DNA from: a virus
Strand: one strand, 5' to 3'
IMG/VR virus record: IMGVR_UViG_3300029131_000181
Length of the DNA stretch: 64,000 bases
This document shows, piece by piece, positions 18,928 through 26,862 of the stretch. The notes beneath the pieces are model-generated. The model saw only the letters and a program-made list of their open reading frames with translations, did not search any database and was not told where the DNA came from. A program made the position numbers and the translations under genes. Positions within the stretch are counted from its first letter, which is position 1. The number at the start of each line of letters is the position of its first letter.

Positions 18928-19113
18928 TCACTCGTCCAGCATAACCTGCAAACGGGCGTTGAATTCCTTCATGTCGGCGCTTTCCTCGGCTGCAGCAAGG
19001 ACACGCGGATAAATTTCCGGATTCATGCTCTTCAGCATGTTCAGAGTAGAAAGAAGCAGAGGGTTGGTGATAGTCATAGTAAGCATCTCCTTGTTATTCA
19101 TAGTAATGTTCAA
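18928..19113 (-). CDS. hypothetical small protein
   Basis: 61-aa ORF whose stop-proximal region is followed by the next gene. The upstream gene overlaps by 4 nt. Confidence 0.45.
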   Translation of the reverse strand: MNITMNNKEMLTMTITNPLLLSTLNMLKSMNPEIYPRVLAAAEESADMKEFNARLQVMLDE

Positions 19114-19952
19114 ACGTTGGTATTCGTGCGATGGCCTTTCAGCGTGCCCTTGTTGAACTGTGTCAAACGGGCGTGCTTCAGAACAAATCCGTCTTCGAAT
19201 TGAACGTCAACGGCGTTTGTGCTGATGATGCGAATGATGGTTGCTTTCGAGCCATCATTCATGGTCTTGGTCATAGGTCCGCTATACTCGACCTTAAAAT
19301 CGAAAGGAAGCGGCTTATGCTTGGTGCAGCAGGGACAAGAAGAACTGCCGTTATTGATGCAGTGGACAAGAGAATTCACGTGAGTGACGTATTCTTCTCC
19401 GCAATCCGGGCATACAATGACGACCTTCTTGCAGCTATTGGCACTTACTTCACGCGGGGAGAAAGCGTTTTTGCTGCTCCACATTTTTGCCACGGCAGGA
19501 GATGTGGTTGCCAAGTCATTGGTTCCGGGAACGACTTTCATGCCACGGCATACGGGGCAAGTGAAGGTTCCATTCTCGATGTCTTTGACCAAAGAGATGA
19601 TTTTTGTTGTGTACTCTGCATGACAATCAGGGCATACAACAATCACCTTTTCGGGACTGTCACAGCGAACTTCGTCGGGATGAATCGTGTTTTTAGGACT
19701 CCACATAGCTGCAATTTTGGGATACTTGGTAGCCAAATCATTGACTCCGGGAACAAGCTTTTCGCTATGGGTTTCTTCGGCTTTGAATGCCGTAGTTACC
19801 TTACGGTTTTTGACCGTTTTGAATCGGCAGACAGGGCAGGCAGTTACGCCACGCTGCTTAGCTCTAACAAGGTTTGCCTCGTAGGTTGTGTATTTGCAAC
19901 CGCAATCGGGGCAGATGGTGATGACTTTTTCGTTCATGTTAATGTTATTCAT
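19110..19952 (-). CDS. zinc-ribbon repeat protein (paralog of 17284-18807)
   Basis: Trimmed to MNNINMNEKVITICPDCG. Three CPDC..CPVC treble-clef-like units with VPG.NDLAT linkers. Weak RBS. Confidence 0.65.
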   Translation of the reverse strand: MNNINMNEKVITICPDCGCKYTTYEANLVRAKQRGVTACPVCRFKTVKNRKVTTAFKAEETHSEKLVPGVNDLATKYPKIAAMWSPKNTIHPDEVRCDSPEKVIVVCPDCHAEYTTKIISLVKDIENGTFTCPVCRGMKVVPGTNDLATTSPAVAKMWSSKNAFSPREVSANSCKKVVIVCPDCGEEYVTHVNSLVHCINNGSSSCPCCTKHKPLPFDFKVEYSGPMTKTMNDGSKATIIRIISTNAVDVQFEDGFVLKHARLTQFNKGTLKGHRTNTNV

Positions 19953-20008
19953 GATAGTTCCGGGTGCTGCTCTTGATGCAATCTCCACAGCGGGTCGGTC
20001 GCTTCTGC

Positions 20009-20044
20009 AAAACAAAAAGGACAACCTCAAAATGAGGCTGTCCT
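20009..20044 (-). terminator. leader hairpin + U-run between promoter copy 7 and gene
   Basis: Minus strand AGGACAGCC-loop-GGTTGTCCTTTTTGTTTT. Confidence 0.6.
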
Positions 20045-20100
20045 TGCAAAAGCGGAATGTTAAAAATAAATTGGTAAGTGGTATCTTTGATACAACATCT

Positions 20101-20128
20101 ATCATAGCCATCTCGCACACATTGTCAA
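20101..20128 (-). promoter_or_regulatory. motif-class promoter, copy 7
   Basis: TTGACA-ATGTGTGCGAGATGGC-TATGAT. Confidence 0.55.
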
Positions 20129-20129
20129 A

Positions 20130-20169
20130 CAAAAAAAGACCCTGCCCGCATTTTGCTGCGAGCAGGGTT
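20130..20169 (-). terminator. rho-independent terminator
   Basis: Minus strand AACCCTGCTCGCAGCAAAATGCGGGCAGGGTCTTTTTTT, after gene 20189-20509. Confidence 0.75.
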
Positions 20170-20188
20170 TGCTTTTGCACTGTTGTGC

Positions 20189-20509
20189 TTAGCCTTCAAG
20201 GTCGAAGGTGTAGCTGTCTTCTTTCATTGCAACAAGGCCCTTAAACGTCTGGCACTCGGCGTCGTCCAGGAATGCCTTGATGGTCAGGCTGGTATCCTCG
20301 TTATCCAGCCATTCGGGACGCATACGGACAACGAGGTCGTGCAGCTCTCCGACGACATAGGCCATCAGGTCCTGGTCGCCCAGGGCCTCACCAATTGCTT
20401 CATCATCGTATTCGACAGGGAAGCTGATGGAAGCGGCGAGGCCGTCGAGTTCGTCAAAATCTTTGGGACGGATTACAGTGGCTTCAAGTTTCAGAATGCT
20501 AGTGCTCAT
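20189..20509 (-). CDS. hypothetical acidic protein
   Basis: 106 aa, RBS AAAAGGAG. Confidence 0.65.
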   Translation of the reverse strand: MSTSILKLEATVIRPKDFDELDGLAASISFPVEYDDEAIGEALGDQDLMAYVVGELHDLVVRMRPEWLDNEDTSLTIKAFLDDAECQTFKGLVAMKEDSYTFDLEG

Positions 20510-20557
20510 GGTAAAATCTCCTTTTTGTGTGTTGTGGTTTGTCTTTCAACATTTTTA

Positions 20558-20585
20558 ATTGTACGCAATTCGCACGCTGTAGCAA
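20558..20585 (-). promoter_or_regulatory. motif-class promoter, copy 8
   Basis: TTGCTA-CAGCGTGCGAATTGCG-TACAAT, about 45 nt upstream of ATG 20509. Confidence 0.65.
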
Positions 20586-20639
20586 TACAAAATTTCTTAT
20601 ATTGGGTTCGCAATTTCTTGTATTTGCCTTGGGATTCTG

Positions 20640-20720
20640 CACAAATCAAGACCTATGAAAGGGTGAAATCCTACACAAATCAAGACCTTAACACACCCCA
20701 AAAACAACACAAATCAAGGA
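20640..20720. repeat. three direct repeats CACAAATCAAG(A/G)(C/A) spaced 34 bp
   Basis: Copies start at 20640, 20674 and 20708 (the third is shorter). Located just upstream of promoter copy 8. Confidence 0.7.
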
Positions 20721-20776
20721 TTTTGCTTCACCAATTCTTGCCGCCGTGTACACCGCACACCAGGCAAAACGCCTCA

Positions 20777-21070
20777 TCAATGCTCCTGCAGTTCATCGAC
20801 CTGAATCCGCGTGGGCCCATGAGCATGTTCCCGCACAAAATATAGGTTTCGCTCATGCCCCGGCCGCTGATACTTATGGTGTTCCCAAAGACATGAACGG
20901 TTGAGCCATCTCGACACATGGCAAACATTATATACGTCTCGCTTTCTGTTTTTGTTTCTTATCATTCTAGGCAAATCGCATAATGAGTCAATTTCAGACA
21001 TTCTGGAATAAGCATCCATTAGGCAGCGTTCCCTTTTGAGGTTGTTGGCTACATAATAACCACGTGGCAT
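20777..21070 (-). CDS. hypothetical protein (doubtful)
   Basis: The ATG directly follows the stop of the upstream gene. Atypical R/H/C-rich composition. Overlaps an alternative 66-aa ORF (20728-20928). Confidence 0.3.
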   Translation of the reverse strand: MPRGYYVANNLKRERCLMDAYSRMSEIDSLCDLPRMIRNKNRKRDVYNVCHVSRWLNRSCLWEHHKYQRPGHERNLYFVREHAHGPTRIQVDELQEH

Positions 21071-21886
21071 TTATTCTTCCGCACTAATCATCAGCCCATG
21101 AATGTAGTTTTTTGAATGGCTTTTCCCACTTTTTAACGCTTTTACATCAATAATAGCAGCTCTATAAATAGGCTGTTTCAACCTTCTAAAGCCATCGGAC
21201 AATTTGTCGTAATATTTATATGGTGCGTACCAAATCATGTAATCTGCATCACTATTTTTTATGATGCTTTGAAATTTTATATCATGTGCATAGAAGTGGA
21301 GCTGTGACGGAGAGACATAATTGATTTGACCTTTTTCAGGGATAATATAAGTTTGACCGGCGAAAAGTTGCGTATATGCAGTGGATTCGTCATAAACAAA
21401 AAATATAGTTTTGAAGTTTTCATGGTTTTGTTGGTAAAGTGGAATTTTGTTATTGTGACTCGAAACAACTCGCTCAAAGGAATCAAAATACCACTTGAAT
21501 TGATGGTCCTCCATTGTAGGCAAGTCCGTAACAGCGTTTATTACGACATCTTGTGTTTCGCTTGTAATGACGCCAGCATTTTTGAATTTTCTATACACTT
21601 GACTTTCTTTTTCTGCTTTTGGATTATATAATTTGCCTTTTTTCCCTTTCCTCGTATTATCCTCTATCTTCATAACATCCATCATAAGGCCATATTTATC
21701 CGAGTAAAAATCCGGTGGTGGTGCATTATGTGCAGAGGTATCTATCCATTCATTCCAGAAGTTTTTGCTTTGAATGATGGAACGCAGTTCCGCTTCTTCT
21801 TTTGTATTACATAATAAGCAAATTTCTTTTGTTGGCTCTGTTTGAAATTTACGAATTAACTGTTTTTCTGATTCAATCATAACCAT
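21071..21886 (-). CDS. hypothetical protein, AT-rich cargo gene
   Basis: Trimmed to MVMIESEKQ (AGAGGG RBS). Visibly AT-richer than its neighbours. PPPDFYSDKYGLMMDVMKIED could be a nuclease-type motif but is unproven. Confidence 0.65.
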   Translation of the reverse strand: MVMIESEKQLIRKFQTEPTKEICLLCNTKEEAELRSIIQSKNFWNEWIDTSAHNAPPPDFYSDKYGLMMDVMKIEDNTRKGKKGKLYNPKAEKESQVYRKFKNAGVITSETQDVVINAVTDLPTMEDHQFKWYFDSFERVVSSHNNKIPLYQQNHENFKTIFFVYDESTAYTQLFAGQTYIIPEKGQINYVSPSQLHFYAHDIKFQSIIKNSDADYMIWYAPYKYYDKLSDGFRRLKQPIYRAAIIDVKALKSGKSHSKNYIHGLMISAEE

Positions 21887-21904
21887 CGCCCTCTTTCTGC
21901 GAAA

Positions 21905-22018
21905 CAAAAAGCTTCCCACCGCAGTCAGTGTGATACTGATTACGATGGAGGATTAAACCTTTTGTGATAGTCTTATTATACCACGCTTCGTGAATTACTC
22001 GAATTACTCAAGGCCAAT
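21905..22018 (-). repeat. promoter + leader-hairpin cassette, copy A
   Basis: ~80% identical to 23285-23393. Contains TGGTATAAT (-10 at 21975-21980) and hairpin 21912-21951. Confidence 0.7.
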
Positions 22019-22052
22019 CTTAGTACACCCCTCCTTCAGGTGGGGTAGTTGA

Positions 22053-22080
22053 CTTGTATGAGGTTCGCATAATCGGTTAA
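22053..22080 (-). promoter_or_regulatory. motif-class promoter, copy 9 (degenerate)
   Basis: TTAACC-GATTATGCGAACCTCA-TACAAG. Confidence 0.3.
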
Positions 22081-22130
22081 CCGTCATACCTCATGAATCC
22101 GACCAGACCGGACTTTAAATTTCTTTGTAA

Positions 22131-22165
22131 ACAAAAAATAGTCCGCACAGAACTGAATCTGTACG
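22131..22165 (-). terminator. rho-independent terminator
   Basis: Minus strand CCGTACAGATTCAGTTCTGTGCGGACTATTTTTTG, after gene 22174-22638. Confidence 0.65.
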
Positions 22166-22173
22166 GGCTCGTA

Positions 22174-22638
22174 TTAGTCATGAGGATGTTCGTGGCATGG
22201 TTCAGGCGGCATACCATGCGGGTCAGGCTCTTGGAAGTGACCATGGTCCCCGATGATTTCCGAAGTACGGATACCGTTCGCTTTCCGGCAAGCCTCAATG
22301 GTTTTAGAAAGCACTTCCTTGACATCGCGCGGGTTCTTGATACGACGGATATCGATTTCCGGTGTCATAGCATCCGTGGAGCAGAGATGGATGCTGCCAA
22401 CACGGCACAGACGCTCATAGAAGTTCTGCTTGAATGCGATGTCCCGGACGCGGTACAGCTGAATCTCGTCCTCGCGCAAATTGAAGCAGCCACGCTGGAT
22501 GATGAGTTTGGTCTCGGTCAGGGTGTACTTCGTAAAGGATAGCGGCAGAGAAAAAATGGTGTGGCGTTTTCGGTCGGTCCAGAGAATTTTCTCCTTGTCC
22601 AAGTCGATGCCGAACTCGCCGTTTTTGAGGGTGGACAT
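22174..22638 (-). CDS. bacterial PH-domain (bPH_2/DUF304-like) protein
   Basis: 154 aa. The pattern KYTLTETKLIIQRGCFNLREDEIQLYRVRDIAFKQNFYERLCRVGSIHL resembles YdbS/YdbT-type PH domains. His/Pro-rich tail. Confidence 0.5.
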   Translation of the reverse strand: MSTLKNGEFGIDLDKEKILWTDRKRHTIFSLPLSFTKYTLTETKLIIQRGCFNLREDEIQLYRVRDIAFKQNFYERLCRVGSIHLCSTDAMTPEIDIRRIKNPRDVKEVLSKTIEACRKANGIRTSEIIGDHGHFQEPDPHGMPPEPCHEHPHD

Positions 22639-22730
22639 GGTATGGTTCCTTTCGTTATGTGATTGGTTTTGGTTATTGGTATTCTGCTTGATGGTGTGTG
22701 GAATGATGTTATAGTCTTTATATTGAGTAT

Positions 22731-22759
22731 ATTATACCATGCTGTGATGATTTTAGCAA
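22731..22759 (-). promoter_or_regulatory. consensus extended -10 promoter
   Basis: Minus strand TTGCTA-N17-TATAAT with TGG immediately upstream of the -10. Confidence 0.65.
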
Positions 22760-22815
22760 TTCCATTTAAAGTGTTAGTACGCAAACAAAGCCCGGTTCAC
22801 TATTGGTCTCCAATA

Positions 22816-23265
22816 TCAACCATTTTCTAGGTTCCCTGTGCTCTTGTTTGTTGCGGAAAGGACGTATTCTTTGCCGTATAGTGTTACCCAAAAATTGTTA
22901 CAACTACCATTAAAATAGCCACGATTTTTCAAGTCTTCGAAACGTAGGCGCGCTTTTCTTGTCGCTTCTTTTTGGTTTGCGTTGTTTTCTCGGTCTTTGT
23001 ATCCATTTCCCGTCATAAAAAGCATTCGCAATTCAGAGTTGTTATCAATCACTATAGGAACACTATCTTGACCATTTGCGAGTTCTAGTGCCTTTTTCAA
23101 TATTGTAATAGATTCCTTGCCATCAATCTTGGAAAGCCATTCTTCAGCGTCCTTAGTAGTCACTGTCACTTTTTCATTTCTCATAACAGCTTTTTTTCGC
23201 TTATTATGGTAATAAGTATAAATGTGCTGTGCCACAATTTTCTTGTCGTCATTTTCGCTTTTCAT
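22816..23265 (-). CDS. hypothetical protein, AT-rich cargo gene
   Basis: 149 aa, RBS AAGGAGG. Confidence 0.65.
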   Translation of the reverse strand: MKSENDDKKIVAQHIYTYYHNKRKKAVMRNEKVTVTTKDAEEWLSKIDGKESITILKKALELANGQDSVPIVIDNNSELRMLFMTGNGYKDRENNANQKEATRKARLRFEDLKNRGYFNGSCNNFWVTLYGKEYVLSATNKSTGNLENG

Positions 23266-23284
23266 ACAGAATCCTCCTTAAAAT

Positions 23285-23393
23285 AAACAGCCTCCCACCG
23301 CAGTCAGCATACTACTGATTACGATGGGAGGCTCAAAACCTTTTGTGATGGTTCTATTATATCACGCCTTGCGAAAAACTCAAGGCAAATTTC
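23285..23393 (-). repeat. promoter + leader-hairpin cassette, copy B
   Basis: TTGAGT-N16-TATAAT with a TGA extension (-10 at 23356-23361). An 18-bp imperfect hairpin at 23291-23331 is followed by CTGTTTATTTT and the RBS. Confidence 0.7.
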
Positions 23394-23399
23394 AATAAC

Positions 23400-23789
23400 T
23401 CAGTCAATATCTAAGTTACCAAAATCATCTGCAGGAGGCTCGTTGTACCAGTCATACTCCTCTGCTTTTTCATCATCCAAATCGTCATCAAAGAAGTCGT
23501 CATCAGTGACGGGAATGTCTTCCCTGATGTCCTGCTGTGGCACGAACGTGGCAGCGGTAGCGGTATAGTCGCCGTCTTCGAGCACAATCTGCACGGTTGC
23601 GATATCCCCTACTTTGGGGACAGAACCGTTCTGAACGGATGCATCGGGGTTACGCTGGACATCCACCTCGACATCGAGCGCCGGGATGAAGACCACGATG
23701 GTCTTGTGGGTGACGGTAGTCACGGTTCCGGAGTAAGCGGCTTCGTTTTCGTGAATGTCCTGGCGGACGGTTTTCTTAGTATTAAACAT
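23400..23789 (-). CDS. hypothetical protein with beta-rich N-terminal half and highly acidic tail
   Basis: 129 aa, RBS GAGG. Tail DDDFFDDDLDDEKAEEYDWYNEPPADDFGNLDID. A possible OB-fold/SSB-like organisation is speculative. Confidence 0.65.
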   Translation of the reverse strand: MFNTKKTVRQDIHENEAAYSGTVTTVTHKTIVVFIPALDVEVDVQRNPDASVQNGSVPKVGDIATVQIVLEDGDYTATAATFVPQQDIREDIPVTDDDFFDDDLDDEKAEEYDWYNEPPADDFGNLDID

Positions 23790-23799
23790 TAACTTCTAC

Positions 23800-24200
23800 C
23801 TCGCTGATTTTGTATGCTTCATCGTGGACCTCCCCACCTAAACCTTTCGGCTATAGTTGGGGCTTCTCCGTGGGTTGTAACCCCACGGTAAGTCTCTGCG
23901 TAACCCGAAGGTAGAGATACGACCCGAACTTAGCTAACAATGCCTGACGGCATTGGTCGCCACATAGGGGTTAGTCTCCCGCAAAGTTCTCGCAACACAG
24001 TGTAATCCCAACAGATGGGCCCGGGCTGTTGAGTCGCCACGGGGGGCTCAACAGTGAATGCAACTGTTTAAGGGAGTACAATGTGCATTGGGTTCTACGC
24101 TCAATGTCAGGAACTTTAGCCTTACACTGAGACCATGCCTTCTTTGACATGGGTTTTGTTACCTCGCGGATGAAATACCGGGCACCAATGTTATAATTGG
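23800..24200 (-). ncRNA. candidate large structured RNA or structured 5' leader (class unknown)
   Basis: ~400 nt with no ORF of 60 aa or more in any frame. Nested hairpins at 23832-23862, 23868-23888, 23893-23917, 23939-23954, 24026-24054 and 24132-24153. UUCG and GAAA tetraloops appear only in the minus-strand reading. Confidence 0.45.
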
Positions 24201-24353
24201 GAGCTAGAAAACCCGCAGGCTTTCCTGTGGTATGAACGGCTCCTGTTTTTGAATTTTTTTGTAAAATAACGACCTAGCAGCTTGGCCAACGGTATAGAAT
24301 GCATGTATAATATATGTATGAAATGATACTACATAACTGTCGGAGGAATCTTT

Positions 24354-24758
24354 ATGGCATTGCCCGGTATGCTTGAGCTTACGAAGGAACAAACGCAACG
24401 GCTTGTGAATATCATCGAGGATAAGCAAGGTTGTATTTGCAACGTATCTAATAGTATGCGCACAGTCTGGATTACTTCTGATGACGGTGAAAATGAACTT
24501 AGGGTTTCATTTCTTTGTAATTTTGCTTTGGTTATTTCACGTGTTAGGTTTTCTATAAAGCGTCATGGTACAATGTCTCTGTTGCTCGATGCGTTGAAAG
24601 AAATTTGCGAAGACTATGGTGTGCATCGTATCGTTATGCAATCTGTACTAACTCGTGAAATGGAAGTCTTTTGTCATAAAGCTGGGTTTCGAGCAGACCC
24701 GAACGCAACAATGGAGGTTGATGGGATTCTTACAGGGGATTATAAATTGGATTTTTGA
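24354..24758 (+). CDS. small GNAT-like acetyltransferase (tentative)
   Basis: 134 aa with GGAGG RBS 8 nt upstream and TATAAT at 24306-24311. KRHGTMSLLLDALKEICEDYGVHRIVMQS resembles GNAT motif A. Confidence 0.5.
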   Translation: MALPGMLELTKEQTQRLVNIIEDKQGCICNVSNSMRTVWITSDDGENELRVSFLCNFALVISRVRFSIKRHGTMSLLLDALKEICEDYGVHRIVMQSVLTREMEVFCHKAGFRADPNATMEVDGILTGDYKLDF

Positions 24759-24844
24759 AAAAATACGACATTTGTATTCCCATCTGTGCCGGTGAACATA
24801 CCGAACATGAAATAGCGATATTTTTTCATGATATGCTCCCACCA

Positions 24845-25981
24845 TTACATATCCGACTTCGCCGCATTACACTTCTTGCACAGCATCTGCAGATTGTCAT
24901 CAGTGGTATGTCCGCCCTTGCTCCAAGGAATGATGTGGTCGCCTTCCATATCCTCAAAGGCGTACTCGGTGTTGATGCCATTTGCAACGCACAAGGGGCA
25001 CTTGTGACCCTGCCGCTCATAGGCGCGGAGTTTCTGCGACTCAGTAAATGCACGAAGGGACAGATGCTTTTCGTCGCGCCAAGTGCGGTCAGAGAGGATG
25101 AACGGGACAATGCCTGCCTTCTTGGTCACGTCATCATCCAGCACGAGTTTCTTGATATCAGCGTCCAGAGCGTTGCTATTATACTGCTTTGCATGGTACT
25201 TGTTGTAGAGTAGTCCCCATGCCTGTGTATCCGTAATTCCCTTCCGCTTGGTCGGGAACAACATTTTAGCCCAGTTGATTACAGACTGGAAGTAAAGCCA
25301 GAGGTCATTGGCGTCCTCGTCATGCTGGTGAATCGCCATGTACATCTGCCCGGATTCCAGACCATCACGGTCAGCAATCCACGCCAGTGCCTTTTCCAGC
25401 AACTCCTGCCGAATCGGGTTACCTTTCAGGTATCCGTCAGCCATCTTCGCAGCAACACAGTTGCGTTTCGAGAAGTAGTTCTTGGCATCGGCCAGCCACG
25501 GTCCTGTATAAGTAGCGTTCAGCAGCTCCTGCGGAGTCAACACCTCACCGGCGATGTTGATGCGCTTGAACCATTCCAGTTTCTCGGCTTCGGAGCCTTC
25601 ACAGATATTCACGGTCAACTCGTAGTCCAGAATTTTCTGTTTTTCCTCATCTGTCAAGTTCTGGAAGAACTTGTCGTTGCCGTTGATTTTGACGGGGAAA
25701 TCCTTGTTGACATACTGTGCAATGGAAATTGTCCGCTGTTGTCCATCGAGAACCTCGTAGGTATCTGGACCGGTCTTGGACCAGTACATGAGGTTCAACG
25801 GGAATCCGTTCATTACCGAATCAATGACGGCTGCACGCTGTTTATCGGAGAAGCAAAAATTTCTTTGGTAGCTTGGCCTAATCGTGAGGCGATTGTTGTA
25901 CCCATATACGCCACTGTCTCCGTCATCCGAATAGTTCTCTACAAGGTCGGATACCTTGATTTTGGTTTCTGTGATTTTCAT
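24845..25981 (-). CDS. DUF262 (GmrSD N-terminal-like) + HNH endonuclease fusion
   Basis: IRPSYQRNF..EVLDGQQRTISI is the DUF262 hallmark. C-terminal HKCPLC..GDHIIPWSKGGHTTDDNLQMLCKKCNAAK is an HNH motif. ATGA overlap with the upstream gene. Confidence 0.85.
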   Translation of the reverse strand: MKITETKIKVSDLVENYSDDGDSGVYGYNNRLTIRPSYQRNFCFSDKQRAAVIDSVMNGFPLNLMYWSKTGPDTYEVLDGQQRTISIAQYVNKDFPVKINGNDKFFQNLTDEEKQKILDYELTVNICEGSEAEKLEWFKRINIAGEVLTPQELLNATYTGPWLADAKNYFSKRNCVAAKMADGYLKGNPIRQELLEKALAWIADRDGLESGQMYMAIHQHDEDANDLWLYFQSVINWAKMLFPTKRKGITDTQAWGLLYNKYHAKQYNSNALDADIKKLVLDDDVTKKAGIVPFILSDRTWRDEKHLSLRAFTESQKLRAYERQGHKCPLCVANGINTEYAFEDMEGDHIIPWSKGGHTTDDNLQMLCKKCNAAKSDM

Positions 25982-26862
25982 AACAATTTCCTTTCTCTGC
26001 CCACAATGTTAATATCGTCAGCACTTTTTATAATTGCTTTTATTATATTCTGCGTCAACTCATATTTAGAAATTACATGCTTTTTGGCAGATGCATAAGA
26101 AGCGGCATTCAGACGCATCACATCCTTTTCTTTCGCATTGCGAATCAATCTATTCTCCTTTTGCAACGAAGAGTTGCTGCCGCATGATGTAACGCAGTAA
26201 ATTTTTGGCGACAATATTGTGATAACCATATGATTTGATAAACTATATTCTGTGCCTGTGTTATTCAAACAGCCTGTACCCAGCACAAGCCCTATATCCG
26301 GAAGTAAAATGGCGCTATTGTTTGCTTTATAGATAACGGTTCCTGAACTGTAATATCCAATTTTTACTTTATAGTAGTTCCACTCATTATCAGATAACTT
26401 TGGATGGTTCCCCGTCTGTATAAATTTCATGAAATTGCAAAATGCTTCTTCTGTATCGAACAGTTTTTTTATTTCGTCTATATACGATGGTAGCCTGAAC
26501 AGCATACGCAAGGCATACTCTCCAAGCCAATGCGCAGATTCTTCGGATATTCTATTTTCCGAATTCAAATAAGTTGTTTTATCAATTTCATTAAGAATTT
26601 CGTTCAACTTTTTCGCATCAGAATTCTCAATATCATTGCTCAGGAGTCCTTTTTCAATCTTCCCACGATAGCATTCGTTCCATTTTTTGAGCTCTGGATA
26701 TTCATATAAATTGTTTTCCGCTGCAATACCTTTTACATTTGCCCCTACATGTATAATTTTTCCAGTTTCCTTGTTATATACAAAAAAATTTCCGTCTTTT
26801 CCAGCGAATTTTTTCAGTCGGTATTTTGGCAAATAATGTTGATTTTCATTTTGTACCTTCAT
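25978..26862 (-). CDS. DUF4238-like protein
   Basis: Trimmed to MKVQNENQHYLPKYRLKKFA (AAAGGAGG RBS). The N-terminal HYLPK..LK.F signature is recalled from DUF4238. AT-rich. Confidence 0.6.
   Translation of the reverse strand: MKVQNENQHYLPKYRLKKFAGKDGNFFVYNKETGKIIHVGANVKGIAAENNLYEYPELKKWNECYRGKIEKGLLSNDIENSDAKKLNEILNEIDKTTYLNSENRISEESAHWLGEYALRMLFRLPSYIDEIKKLFDTEEAFCNFMKFIQTGNHPKLSDNEWNYYKVKIGYYSSGTVIYKANNSAILLPDIGLVLGTGCLNNTGTEYSLSNHMVITILSPKIYCVTSCGSNSSLQKENRLIRNAKEKDVMRLNAASYASAKKHVISKYELTQNIIKAIIKSADDINIVGRERKLL

Noticed and set aside
20728-20928. 66-aa ORF overlapping the 97-aa ORF 20777-21070 in another frame.
   Set aside because: I cannot decide between the two. Neither has a recognisable motif. 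Only the 97-aa ORF is listed, at low confidence, because its ATG directly follows the upstream stop.
23800-24200. The structured region as a group I or group II intron, riboswitch or tmRNA.
   Set aside because: There are no flanking exon ORFs to be spliced, no domain-V-like GAGC..GAAA..GUUC element, no tRNA-like ends and no riboswitch core that I can recognise. It is kept only as an RNA of unknown class.
24204-24428. 74-aa minus-strand ORF.
   Set aside because: It overlaps the promoter, RBS and start of the plus-strand GNAT-like gene and has no RBS of its own.
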